A stretch of 64,000 nucleotides of DNA from a virus. Lineage: Duplodnaviria; Caudoviricetes. Below are positions 10,109 to 20,003 of this stretch, one piece after another. The notes beneath the pieces are model-generated. The model had not been told where the DNA came from and did not search any database. It saw nothing but the letters and a program-made list of their open reading frames with translations. Made by a program: the position numbers and the translations under genes. Positions within the stretch are counted from its first letter, which is position 1; every line of letters starts with the position of its first letter. The stretch covers positions 44 to 64,043 of IMG/VR virus record IMGVR_UViG_3300037297_000231. One strand, written 5' to 3'.

Positions 10109-11166
10109 TTAAGGAGAAATAAAATGGATCATGAACAAATAAGTGAAGAAGAAATAAGAGATAAATTAGAAGTAAATGAAAATTGTATAACTAAACTTTT
10201 AAATGAATTAATAATATGTTTTGAAAAAAATAAAGAATTAAGAGAAGAGCTTATTGAAATATTAGATAACAAGGAGAAATAAAATGAGTAAATGGTACAC
10301 TGCACAAAAAGATTTTATTGAACTTAATGATGATAATATAGATATATATGTTTGTAATGACTATGATGGAAGCATATATATACAAGTGCCAATGAAAATA
10401 TTAAAAGAAGTTTTGCAAGAAAGAAATAAAATAACAAAAGAACTTTTAGAGGAGTTAAAAAAATGAAATCACAAAAACAAATATTTGACGAGCTTAATAA
10501 AGACTGGGAAGATGCGAAAGAAAAAAATAGACAGCTTAAATCTATTATGCTATTTAATTCACCCTTTGAAGAAATATTAAAGGAACATCGGAAAGTGTTA
10601 TCTGTTTATTTGGCAGAGATACATAAGGATATCACAGCTTTAAGAAAAAGAATTGAGGGCATTAATAATGAATAATGTTAAAGGCAATGAATATCAATGT
10701 CAGATGTGCGAAGTTATATTCAAAAAAGATCGATTAACTAAAAATAATTATTTACCATCAACAGGTAATAAAATAATAATATGCGATGGTTGTCATGATA
10801 TGATTTCAGGTGGGCTATGAATAAAAAGGGGAAAAAGGATGAAAGAAGACAAAGAACAAACAAGTGAAGAGTTTGCAGATAAATTATTAGAAGAAAATTA
10901 TTTTGATTCAAAAGCATGGGCAAATTATTTGATGCCTTCTCAAAATGAAATAGGCATATCAAAGATGAATCCGATTGTACAAAAAGACATATCAGAATAT
11001 ATTCAAAAAACATATATAAAGAATGACAAGGGCTTTATTAGGATACCAAATTATAATAAAATACCTTGCGATGATAAACAGGCAACGATTGATTTTGCTA
11101 TTGAAAATATAAACCGTAGTCAATTATGTTTATTTGTAAATTTAAAACAAAAGGTAGTACAATAAG

Positions 11167-12186
11167 ATGCAAATATATAAAATTACTAATTTAATTAATA
11201 ATAAAATATATATAGGTCAAGATGCTTATGATAATAAAAATTATTATGGTTCAGGAAGAATAATTAAACGTGCAATTAAGAAATATGGAAAACATAATTT
11301 TATAAAAGACATATTAAATCAATGTAATTCTAAACAAGAGATGAATGAATTAGAAATCTATTGGATCAAATATTTTAAAGATTGTGGGTATATACTTTAT
11401 AATTTAACAAAAGGCGGTGGAGGAAGTTTAGGATATAGACATTTAAATGAATCAAAACAAAAGATGAAAGGAAGAAAAGCATGGAACAAAGGTTTAACGA
11501 AAGATATAGATAATAGGGTAAAAAAAATAAGTTTATCTATGAAAGGTAAAATTTTTTCTGATAGCCATAAGAAAAAAATAAGCATGTCAAAAAAAGGTAG
11601 AAATTATGAAGAAAAATATGGAATTTATAGGGCTATAGAAATTAAAAATAAAATACGATTAAAGACAAAATTAACTTTTAATCAAAAAACAATAAAAGAA
11701 AAAAGAAGTAAAGATAAAAAAGGTAAAAGTTATGAAGAAATATATAAAATAGAAAATATAGAAAGAATGAAAAATATGGCAAGAAAAAGAATGTTAGGAG
11801 AAAATAATCCTGCTAAGAGACCTGAAGTAAGAGAAAAAATGAGTAAAATGCGTAAAGGCATACCAAATAAATATAAAGGTACAAATAAAGAAAATAATGA
11901 AATTTATAGGAGATTAAGTGATTCTAAGAAAGGTAAAAAATTTACAGAGGGACATAAAAGAAATTTAAGTATTGCTAAAAAAGGATTATATACTGAAGAT
12001 AAAAGTCATTCGGCAAAGACATTTATATTCTATTCACCTTGTGGAATAAGAAATGTTGTAAAAGGGATATATTATAAATTTTGTGAAGAAAACAATTTAT
12101 GTGGAAAAACGATAAGAGAACATTTAAATAAAAACAATCATAATTATAAAGGATGGGCTATTTATAGATATGAAAATAATAGATAA
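11167..12186 (+). CDS. Free-standing GIY-YIG homing endonuclease with NUMOD3 repeats
   Basis: IYKITNLINNKIYIGQ...YYGSG, E..WI, YNLTKGG, repeated HKKKIS.SKKG motifs. Confidence 0.88.
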   Translation: MQIYKITNLINNKIYIGQDAYDNKNYYGSGRIIKRAIKKYGKHNFIKDILNQCNSKQEMNELEIYWIKYFKDCGYILYNLTKGGGGSLGYRHLNESKQKMKGRKAWNKGLTKDIDNRVKKISLSMKGKIFSDSHKKKISMSKKGRNYEEKYGIYRAIEIKNKIRLKTKLTFNQKTIKEKRSKDKKGKSYEEIYKIENIERMKNMARKRMLGENNPAKRPEVREKMSKMRKGIPNKYKGTNKENNEIYRRLSDSKKGKKFTEGHKRNLSIAKKGLYTEDKSHSAKTFIFYSPCGIRNVVKGIYYKFCEENNLCGKTIREHLNKNNHNYKGWAIYRYENNR

Positions 12187-12877
12187 TATTTCTCTTATAA
12201 TTTTAAGTTGCAAACGATTTTCACTTTTTAAAAGGACGATAGAATCTCTTCAAAAAAACTGCCTCGACTTAGATTTAATTAGCCAAATAATCTTAGTTGA
12301 CGATAATAGCGAATTACATGATTTAATCTTAATGCAGGATTTAGCAAAAAAACTCGGTAAGCCTTTATTGTTGGTAAGCAAGCATCAAAATAAAGGACAC
12401 GCAATTTCAATGAATATTGCATGGGATCTGGTTAAGACTGAATATTGCCTATTATTAGAGGACGATTGGGAGTGCGTTAAGTCTGATAATTTCATTAAAA
12501 CTGCGTTTCAGATATTTAATAAGCATGATAATGTTGTCCAGGTCCAATACCACCGTAAAGCTGATATAACAGCAATAGGGCAAAAGACTTTAAAATTAGG
12601 CAATAAAAAATATATAAAATATGACTATAATGTCAAATCAGTTGATAGTCTAGGCAGACCAGCATTTCCAGGGTTCACTTTGAATCCTAGCTTAATCAAT
12701 GTCAAAAAGCTAAAAGAAAATAATTTGCGCTTTAGAGAGGATATATTCGGCTTTGAGTTTAATTATGCTTGTCAGGTTGCAGGAAAAGGACTTAAGATTG
12801 CTTATTTTACCGATAATTATTTTCAGCATATAGGCAAGAATAATTCGGCGTATAAGTTGAATGAAACTCAGAGGTAA
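12170..12877 (+). CDS. Glycosyltransferase family 2-like
   Basis: ILVDDNS, N.AW, LLEDDW (DxD), HIG motifs. Confidence 0.8.
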   Translation: MKIIDNISLIILSCKRFSLFKRTIESLQKNCLDLDLISQIILVDDNSELHDLILMQDLAKKLGKPLLLVSKHQNKGHAISMNIAWDLVKTEYCLLLEDDWECVKSDNFIKTAFQIFNKHDNVVQVQYHRKADITAIGQKTLKLGNKKYIKYDYNVKSVDSLGRPAFPGFTLNPSLINVKKLKENNLRFREDIFGFEFNYACQVAGKGLKIAYFTDNYFQHIGKNNSAYKLNETQR

Positions 12878-13020
12878 TATGTGTTTGCATGTTTGGAGTA
12901 AAAAGATTAACGAGATCAAATATTTTTCGAAAGATATTATAGGTATAGAAGAATCTAAGATATGTAAAAATTGTGGACGGCTTAAATATATTAAGTTTAA
13001 ATCAATACGGAGAAAAAAGA

Positions 13021-13656
13021 ATGTTCAATTTTAATCAATTATTTCCAGTTGTATATTTGATCAATCTCCCTGAACATGCTGAACGCCTTGAACATGCAAA
13101 AAAACAACTTGCTAAAATTGGGATATCCGATTATATTATATTTGAAGGCATTAAAGTAAATAACGGTCAAACATTACAAGATCGTGAGGCTGGATGTAAA
13201 TTATCACATTTGGCTATTATTGAACAATGCAAAGAGAACGGCATTGATAGAGTATGTATATTTGAAGATGATATAAATATAAAAGATACTTTTTTAGAAA
13301 AATTGGGAATGGTAAAAGATTTTATATTGAATGAAGATTGGCATTTATTTTATTTTGGTGGCAACTTAAATGTTAATTCAGGGCATCATTACGATATTTT
13401 TAACAAAGATATAATGCGTGTTTATAGATGCTATACTACACATGCTTATTGTGTTAATTCTAGCATTTATAATCAGATATTGCAGTTTAAGGAGGTTAAT
13501 ACTCAATATGATATATTATTGAGCTTTTTAATCCAGGAACAATATAAAAAGAGTTTTTGCATGAATCCTCGTCAAATAACACAGAGGACAGGCTTTTCTT
13601 ATATAATGCAAAAGAGCCTTGATTATTCTATAGTCTTAGAAGATAGAAAAATATAA
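13021..13656 (+). CDS. Glycosyltransferase family 25
   Basis: YLINL....ER, GC.LSH, IFEDD, THAY motifs; start at 13021 after GGAG. Confidence 0.85.
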   Translation: MFNFNQLFPVVYLINLPEHAERLEHAKKQLAKIGISDYIIFEGIKVNNGQTLQDREAGCKLSHLAIIEQCKENGIDRVCIFEDDINIKDTFLEKLGMVKDFILNEDWHLFYFGGNLNVNSGHHYDIFNKDIMRVYRCYTTHAYCVNSSIYNQILQFKEVNTQYDILLSFLIQEQYKKSFCMNPRQITQRTGFSYIMQKSLDYSIVLEDRKI

Positions 13657-13660
13657 TTTT

Positions 13661-13710
13661 GTCGACTTACTTTATATTAAATTATATTGTGTTAAATTAA
13701 ATTATTTTTT
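13661..13710 (+). repeat. 5-nt periodic tract A0 (NTT-NN units)
   Basis: gtc-ga ctt-ac ttt-at att-aa att-at att-gt gtt-aa att-aa att-at, then a T-run. Confidence 0.8.
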
Positions 13711-13723
13711 TAGGAGAAAAAAA

Positions 13724-14311
13724 ATGAAACAAGAGCAAAAAGAAGAAAAAATCGTGATTCCAACAATAAATATGGAATCATACATCATTACTATTGAAGG
13801 CGAATCTCCATTAATCACAGGTCGATTTTCTTCAGACTTATCAAACAATCCAAAAGATAATTCACCTGCCCAACAGATAAAAAATTCTATTCATTATTTA
13901 TCTGATGGGAGTTATGGGTATCCAGCAAGAGCAATACAAAAAGCAATCATAAATGCTTGTCGTATAAAACAGAAAGATGTAAAGACTTATAAAATGACAG
14001 AATTACGTGGTGTTTTTTCTGTTATTGCCGAAGATGAAACTGGATTATTGAAGCTAGATTGTAAAGATCATACTACTTTTGAAAGGATAGTATATAATAA
14101 AAATAATGCAATAAAAAGCCATTATGCTAAGTATGATAAATGGAAATTAACTTTTGAATTGATATTTAATCCATCCGTTAAATCATTGAAAGATTTTTTA
14201 TATTTATTGACTTTAGCAGGGCAATTTGTAGGGCTTGGAGTTTTAAGGCCTCAAGCGCAGGATTCAGGGGAATATGGAAGATTTAAAATAATTAAAGTTG
14301 AACATAAATAA
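13724..14311 (+). CDS. Stand-alone RAMP / Cas7(Csm3)-like RNA-binding protein
   Basis: N-terminal ITIEGESPL strand, YPARAIQKAI helix (equivalent of IPGSSLKGA), C-terminal Gly-rich loop GLGVLRP..SGEYGRF. Confidence 0.75.
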   Translation: MKQEQKEEKIVIPTINMESYIITIEGESPLITGRFSSDLSNNPKDNSPAQQIKNSIHYLSDGSYGYPARAIQKAIINACRIKQKDVKTYKMTELRGVFSVIAEDETGLLKLDCKDHTTFERIVYNKNNAIKSHYAKYDKWKLTFELIFNPSVKSLKDFLYLLTLAGQFVGLGVLRPQAQDSGEYGRFKIIKVEHK

Positions 14312-14321
14312 TTTGTTTTTT

Positions 14322-14381
14322 GTTCGTTTGATTTGGATTAATATGGATTACTTTTGATTGATTTACTTTAAATTAAATTTT
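14322..14381 (+). repeat. 5-nt periodic tract A1
   Basis: gtt-cg ttt-ga ttt-gg att-aa tat-gg att-ac ttt-tg att-ga ttt-ac ttt-aa att-aa att-tt. Confidence 0.8.
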
Positions 14382-14423
14382 TTATTGATATTTGAAAAAA
14401 ATGAGTTAAAATATAATATATAG

Positions 14424-14473
14424 GTTTTATTATATTACCTTTGATTAGGTTTCGTTTAATTGCATTAAATTAT
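14424..14473 (+). repeat. 5-nt periodic tract A2 (just downstream of a promoter-like sequence at 14392-14419)
   Basis: gtt-tt att-at att-ac ctt-tg att-ag gtt-tc gtt-ta att-gc att-aa att-at: 10/10 units have TT in register. Confidence 0.85.
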
Positions 14474-14538
14474 TTATAGGGGAGAATTGAAATAGGTAAT
14501 TATGGATTGTAATTATTCTTTGTATTGTATTTTTTTAT

Positions 14539-14613
14539 GTTTGATTAAGGTTAATTACGATTTAATCATTTAAATTAAATTGCCTTCGTTTTAGTTTTGT
14601 TGCATTAAATTTA
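14539..14613 (+). repeat. 5-nt periodic tract A3
   Basis: gtt-tg att-aa ggt-ta att-ac gat-tt aat-ca ttt-aa att-aa att-gc ctt-cg ttt-ta gtt-tt gtt-gc att-aa att-ta: third base is T in all 15 units. Confidence 0.8.
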
Positions 14614-14629
14614 TTTTTAAGGATTATTT

Positions 14630-15136
14630 ATGGAAAAAAAGATTATTTTTTATAGCAAGAAAAGTTTTTTGCCTAATACTTCATTACAAAAGATAGGGGA
14701 AGAAATATATAATCTGAAAGATAGAAGTATATCTAATATCTATGATACTGTTGCCAAAAATGAGAAATCAGAGCTTCATAAACATTTGACATGGGATAAT
14801 AAAATTGCGGGTAAAAACTGGCGTAAATATGAAATTAAAAAAATAGTTTCGACAATTGTATATAAAATTATAGAAATAGATAAAGACAAAAAAGAAGATA
14901 TACTTATTGAAGATCAAAGGGCTTTTGACACTATAGGAAAAGACGACAAGAAAAAAGAAGTTATATTCGTTGTAGAAGATATCAAAAAGAAAGACAAAAG
15001 AACTATATTATTTGAAAAACTTCAGGAGGAATTCGAAAGTATTCAAAATAGAATTAAAGAGTATAATAGAATCGTTGATTTTATTCTGGATTTAAATAAT
15101 AAATGGAATGATTTAAATAATAAATTAAATAAATAA
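14630..15136 (+). CDS. Uncharacterised phage protein partnered with the RAMP gene
   Basis: SELHKHLTWDNKIAGKNWR resembles the phage motif (S/P)LHxxFxWDDxxAxxxYR; embedded between periodic tracts. Confidence 0.55.
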   Translation: MEKKIIFYSKKSFLPNTSLQKIGEEIYNLKDRSISNIYDTVAKNEKSELHKHLTWDNKIAGKNWRKYEIKKIVSTIVYKIIEIDKDKKEDILIEDQRAFDTIGKDDKKKEVIFVVEDIKKKDKRTILFEKLQEEFESIQNRIKEYNRIVDFILDLNNKWNDLNNKLNK

Positions 15137-15189
15137 TCGTTTTTATTACATTAAGATCGTTTAAATTGAATTTTATTAAATTAAATTTT
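15135..15189 (+). repeat. 5-nt periodic tract A4
   Basis: aat-cg ttt-tt att-ac att-aa gat-cg ttt-aa att-ga att-tt att-aa att-aa att-tt. Confidence 0.8.
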
Positions 15190-15203
15190 TTTGGAGTTGT
15201 ATA

Positions 15204-16019
15204 ATGAATAAAGCAAATATAATAATTTTTAGTTTTAATAGGCCTTGTCAATTAGAATTGTTATTAAGATCCATGAAAATGCATTGGAATGATTTTGATA
15301 ACCAGGAGATTAAGGTTATTTATACTTATTCTAATGATAGTTTTGAAGCTGGATATAATAAGCTTAAAAATGAATGTAAGGGTAATATTGAGTTTGTCAA
15401 ACAAGTGACATTTAGACAGAATGTTATTAATTGCATAGATACAAGTAAAGAACTTGTTATATTTGGGACTGATGATGATGTTTTTATTCGTGATTTTGAT
15501 TTGCAATGTAAAGAGGTTGATTTCTTTAAGCAACGCCCTGAGATAATTACTTTGTCATTAAGGCTCGGTAAGAATATTTCTTATTGTTATACACAGAATA
15601 GATTTATATCCCGGCCGCTTTTAATCAAGGGTGCGGATTATAATTTGTGGAATTGGACTGAGGGAGAAGAAGGGGACTGGACTTATCCATTCAGTTTAGA
15701 TTTTAATTTATATGAGACGGACTTTATTTTGCCTTATATTAAGAAGTTTGAGTTTAGATCACCGAATACACTTGAGGGCTTTTTTGCTCGTATAATGCCT
15801 TATGCTAGATATTTAATGATGGGTTTTGATGAACCTAAAATTGTAAATTTGCCTATAAATCGGGTGCAAATGGATAATAAGAATAGGCACGGAAGAATAC
15901 CTGCGGAGTTTTTAAATAATAAGTATTTAGATGGCTATGTTATTGATTATAGTAAACTTGAAATATTCAACGGCAACTCTTGCCATATTGAGAGTAAAGT
16001 TGAGTTTATTGAGGGATAA
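15204..16019 (+). CDS. Glycosyltransferase-like (GT-A fold)
   Basis: IIFSFNRP.QL..LL.S, TDDD motif, YP.SLD, PNTLE. Confidence 0.7.
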   Translation: MNKANIIIFSFNRPCQLELLLRSMKMHWNDFDNQEIKVIYTYSNDSFEAGYNKLKNECKGNIEFVKQVTFRQNVINCIDTSKELVIFGTDDDVFIRDFDLQCKEVDFFKQRPEIITLSLRLGKNISYCYTQNRFISRPLLIKGADYNLWNWTEGEEGDWTYPFSLDFNLYETDFILPYIKKFEFRSPNTLEGFFARIMPYARYLMMGFDEPKIVNLPINRVQMDNKNRHGRIPAEFLNNKYLDGYVIDYSKLEIFNGNSCHIESKVEFIEG

Positions 16020-16356
16020 ACCATTGTTAATGGTTAAAAATATATTTTTTTTAGGAGATTAAATATGTATGAGTTAGAAAAAACTGATGAGAAAGAACGA
16101 ATAGAATATGAAATAGGGCGTGAGGTGCGTTTAATTGGTGAGCATTTAGAAAAATTGGATCATGCTATTAATTCTTTAAGAAAACGATGTGCTGATATTA
16201 TTGAAGAATATCCAACTGAAAAATTAGACTCCAAATTATCAGAAGGATGTGGAACTGTTTTAGGTGACAAATTAAAGAATTTTAACGGATCGTTAGAGTC
16301 TTGTATTAATAATTTGAATAACTTAAAAGAAAATATAAGGCTATAGGCAATTTAAG

Positions 16357-16962
16357 ATGTGCAATAAAGATACTAAAAAATGCGATATACAGAAAGGATT
16401 CCCATTAAATGAATGCTGCAAAAACAATCTTATGAAACTATTATCTGTTATAGATATCATGTTTAAAAAGCATAATATATTATATTGGATTGATTATGGT
16501 ACGTTGCTTGGGAGTGTAAGGCAAGGGCAAATAATACCCTATGACGATGATTGCGATATTGGTATACTAAGGCAGGATTTAGATAAACTATTATGCTTAA
16601 GCGATGAATTTCGTTTGATGGGATTCCATCTAGTAAGTTGGTTCTATCCTAATTTTTTAAGATTAGATTATAGCAGAATAAATGAACTTCATGTGGATAT
16701 CTTTGCATGGGATGTTCAAATAATGCCATTTAAAGAGATCTGGCAAGAGGATAGATGGCAATATAATACAGCTTGTTTATACCGGAAACAATATATTCAG
16801 GGCAAAGATGAAAATAAAGGAAAGCATTTTCCAGTTGAATATTTATTCCCTCTGAATAAATCTAAAATAGGCAATTTGTCTTTACCGTGTCCGCACAAAC
16901 CAGATCGATTTTGTGGGTTTAGATATGGGCATGATTGGAGAATTGAGAAAAAGGAAAATTAA
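16357..16962 (+). CDS. licD: LicD family phosphotransferase
   Basis: YWIDYGTLLGSVR...IIPYDDDCDIG, VDIF, YG.DW motifs. Confidence 0.85.
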   Translation: MCNKDTKKCDIQKGFPLNECCKNNLMKLLSVIDIMFKKHNILYWIDYGTLLGSVRQGQIIPYDDDCDIGILRQDLDKLLCLSDEFRLMGFHLVSWFYPNFLRLDYSRINELHVDIFAWDVQIMPFKEIWQEDRWQYNTACLYRKQYIQGKDENKGKHFPVEYLFPLNKSKIGNLSLPCPHKPDRFCGFRYGHDWRIEKKEN

Positions 16963-16964
16963 TA

Positions 16965-17357
16965 ATGAATAAGGAAAAAATTAATATAGGGTTTACAGTT
17001 GGCATTTGGGATTGTTTTCATGAAGCACATATTATTTTTTTAAAGAAATGCCATAAATATTGTGATTATTTAATAGTTGGTATCATGACAGATTATTGGT
17101 GTAAAGTCCAAAAAGGTAAAACTAGACCTGAAGATGGGTTACAAACCAGACATGCTAATTTACAAAATAGTAACCTTTGTGATAAGATCGTCATACTTGA
17201 TACTTTAGATATGACAGAATATTTGAAAATTGCTGATATATGGATTAAGGGAGTTGGGCAAAATAAAATGAAGCCAGAATTTTTTAAAAATACTGTTTTC
17301 ATACCTAGAACACCTGATATATCAACGACAAAAATTTTAGAGGAGAAAAAATGGTAA
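16965..17357 (+). CDS. Cytidylyltransferase (TagD/RfaE-like HxGH family)
   Basis: G.WD.FHEAH, LIVG, PRTPDISTT motifs. Confidence 0.8.
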   Translation: MNKEKINIGFTVGIWDCFHEAHIIFLKKCHKYCDYLIVGIMTDYWCKVQKGKTRPEDGLQTRHANLQNSNLCDKIVILDTLDMTEYLKIADIWIKGVGQNKMKPEFFKNTVFIPRTPDISTTKILEEKKW

Positions 17358-17724
17358 AATTTTTAAAAAAAATCATTAAAAAATTATTTTTTAAATATTT
17401 TGATATAAAAATAAATAACATTGAGGTTTATACTTTTTGTAAAGATGAAATTTTATCTAATAATTTTAATGAAAAATTTAATTCAAAATTCTGCACTATA
17501 TATAATATAGCATATTTTGTATTGGTTCAATATTGGTTTGATTCAATAACTATTGTTGTCAATAGGGATACATCTACTATTTTTTTAATACTAGAAGATA
17601 TAAATTTTGAATTAGAAAAAGAAATTATTGGATATTTAAAAGATAAATTACCGGCTAATGTATTAATTAAAATATCTGAAAATATAGTAGAAAATATTAT
17701 TGGCTATGAAATAAAAGAAAAATA

Positions 17725-18372
17725 ATGGATAATAGACAAAAATATATTAATATAAACCCAAAATATTTTGAATTATTATCATTAAGCTATTTTGATAAAT
17801 ATATGCATGATGCTTTAATATATAGGGATTTCATGGGATGTGAAGGCTTTAAAGAGGATTATTTGGCTTTACATGGAATAATTAGGGAAGTAAATCCTCA
17901 GTCATTTTGTGAGATTGGAACTCACTTAGGAGAGGGGACTAGAATTATTTGTAATGCTATGCAAGGTAAACAAGTATATTCACTTGATTTACCGGTCAGA
18001 TATGATGAAACTAAAGATGTCTATTTAAATTGGAATAGTGAAAAACCAGAAGGAAAAGTAGGTGAACGATGCGAATTTACTTATACTCAATTATTTGGAA
18101 ACTCAAAATATTTTGACTTTTCACCATATTACCCAATTGATGCCTGGTATATTGACGGTAGGCATAATTATGAGTTTTGTTATGCGGATTCTATAAACGC
18201 CTTAAAATCTAACCCAAAAGTCATTATATGGCATGATACATTGATGGATGGTGTTCAAAAAGCTATTTATCAGATAATAGAAGAAAACAAGGCTTTATAT
18301 GAGGCTTATTATATAAGAGGTACGAGAGTATCATTTATTTTAAGAAAGGAGAAAAATAATGCCAATAAATAG
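17725..18372 (+). CDS. Class I SAM-dependent methyltransferase (Methyltransf_24-like)
   Basis: EIGT..G.G, YIDG.H.Y...D, IIWHD motifs. Confidence 0.8.
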   Translation: MDNRQKYININPKYFELLSLSYFDKYMHDALIYRDFMGCEGFKEDYLALHGIIREVNPQSFCEIGTHLGEGTRIICNAMQGKQVYSLDLPVRYDETKDVYLNWNSEKPEGKVGERCEFTYTQLFGNSKYFDFSPYYPIDAWYIDGRHNYEFCYADSINALKSNPKVIIWHDTLMDGVQKAIYQIIEENKALYEAYYIRGTRVSFILRKEKNNANK

Positions 18373-18898
18373 TGAAATATTAAGTAAGTATAAAAATGAT
18401 GTGTTTGTGGAGACTGGAACACATATTGGGCGTGGTATAGATGCAGCTTTGAAAGCTGGTTTCAAGGAAATCCACTCTGTTGAATTATCAGCAAAACATT
18501 ATATTTTTTGTATGAAAAAGTACAAAGATAATAAAAATGTATTTCTTTATCATGGAGATTCAGGAAAATTGCTTAGTGTTATTTTAGGAAAAGTAAAACG
18601 TAGAAATAAAACTGTGTGGTTGGATTCACATTTTTCAGGAGGCGATACAGCTTGCGGAGAGAAATATTCACCGCTTATGGAAGAACTAAGTGTAATTAAA
18701 TATTTCTATGGTAAAAGGGATGTAATTTTAATTGATGATATTCGGGATTATAAGGTTAAATCAGAGCATTATGATTTTGACCTGGAAGATATTAAGGATA
18801 AACTTTTAGAGATTAATGCTGATTTTACTTTTAGCTATGAGGACTCATATCAGGGTGATACTTTTATGTTTCCAAAAGATATTTTAGTGGCTAAATAG
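18359..18898 (+). CDS. SAM-dependent methyltransferase-like protein
   Basis: FVETGT..G.G, SVEL, GDS, WLDSH, ILIDD.R motifs. Confidence 0.75.
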   Translation: MPINSEILSKYKNDVFVETGTHIGRGIDAALKAGFKEIHSVELSAKHYIFCMKKYKDNKNVFLYHGDSGKLLSVILGKVKRRNKTVWLDSHFSGGDTACGEKYSPLMEELSVIKYFYGKRDVILIDDIRDYKVKSEHYDFDLEDIKDKLLEINADFTFSYEDSYQGDTFMFPKDILVAK

Positions 18899-19286
18899 GA
18901 GTAAGCATGATTGATATTAAGAAAAAACCAAATAAAATATATATTGAAATATATAATTATAAAACCAAAAAAAAGATAGTCACATTAGCTTTTTCGAAAG
19001 AATCATTAAAATTTGCTAATCATATACATAAATATTTTAAACATATAATAAAAACTTCAATAGAATCAGGATGGATAAATAGATCAGATTGGACAAACGC
19101 AGAAATAAAATTAAGATTTCCTGGAATAAATAAAGTTGAAATTATATTGCCTTCGGTAATACATAATGTAAATATCAATATTAAACCCTCAAAATTGAGC
19201 ATACAAGCAAATAAAATATTTAGAAGAATATTTAAAAATAATATTAATTATGTAAAAGATATAAAAGTTATTCCAAAATATAAAAA

Positions 19287-20003
19287 ATGATACCAATACT
19301 TTATGCTATAAACTTTAAAATAGATTCTCTTCCTAATGCAATGAGACGCTTCAATTGCTCATTAAATTCTATTTTATTGCAAGCTGATAAGATATTTATT
19401 TTAAATGCATCGAAAGAAGATATTGATATTATTGATCATGATAAGATTGTTTATATTCATAAGCCTTATAATAAGTACTTTAATAAATCACTTTTAATGA
19501 ACTATATGGTGAAGCATTTTTTAAAGGATTATGACTATTTTTGTTTTTCAGATATAGACCTCGTTTATCCAAAGGATTATATTAAACGAATTACTTCACA
19601 TATACAGAATAAACCAGTTCGGGTGATTCCTCGCAATATAGCAATGCCTATGGAATATTACTCAGGTAATTATGATGATTTGTTAATCATTGCTGATAAG
19701 TTTAAACAGCATCCAACAGGTGAAGCTCATGGAATAGGTTTATTTCATACTCAGTCTGTTATTGATATAAAAGGATGGAATGAATATTATTTGGGGTATG
19801 CTGCGGAAGATAAAAGTATAAATTTGAGATTGGAAAAATATGGCAATAAGATTATATTTGATCGTTCAATAAATCATATTCATTTGTGGCATTATCCAAT
19901 AAATCGGGAATATCATGCACAAAATAAGTTTTTATGGAATCAAGAGCAAGAATTTATCAGGAAAGGGAAACTTATATTTAATGATAAGTGGGGTGAATAT
20001 TAA
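19287..20003 (+). CDS. Glycosyltransferase (GT2 / galactosyltransferase C-terminal-like)
   Basis: FNKS..MN, DID, GWNE.Y.GY..ED, HLWH motifs. Confidence 0.8.
   Translation: MIPILYAINFKIDSLPNAMRRFNCSLNSILLQADKIFILNASKEDIDIIDHDKIVYIHKPYNKYFNKSLLMNYMVKHFLKDYDYFCFSDIDLVYPKDYIKRITSHIQNKPVRVIPRNIAMPMEYYSGNYDDLLIIADKFKQHPTGEAHGIGLFHTQSVIDIKGWNEYYLGYAAEDKSINLRLEKYGNKIIFDRSINHIHLWHYPINREYHAQNKFLWNQEQEFIRKGKLIFNDKWGEY

Noticed and set aside
11167-12186. Group I intron around the GIY-YIG endonuclease
   Set aside because: Flanking ORFs abut or overlap it directly, leaving no room for intron core elements; treated as free-standing.
14474-14538. Additional periodic tract between A2 and A3
   Set aside because: Only partly periodic with a phase shift; 14519-14538 is in phase with A3 but T-rich enough to be chance.
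13661-15189. CRISPR array next to the Cas7-like gene
   Set aside because: No 25-45 bp direct repeats with spacers; the structure is pentamer periodicity, reported separately.
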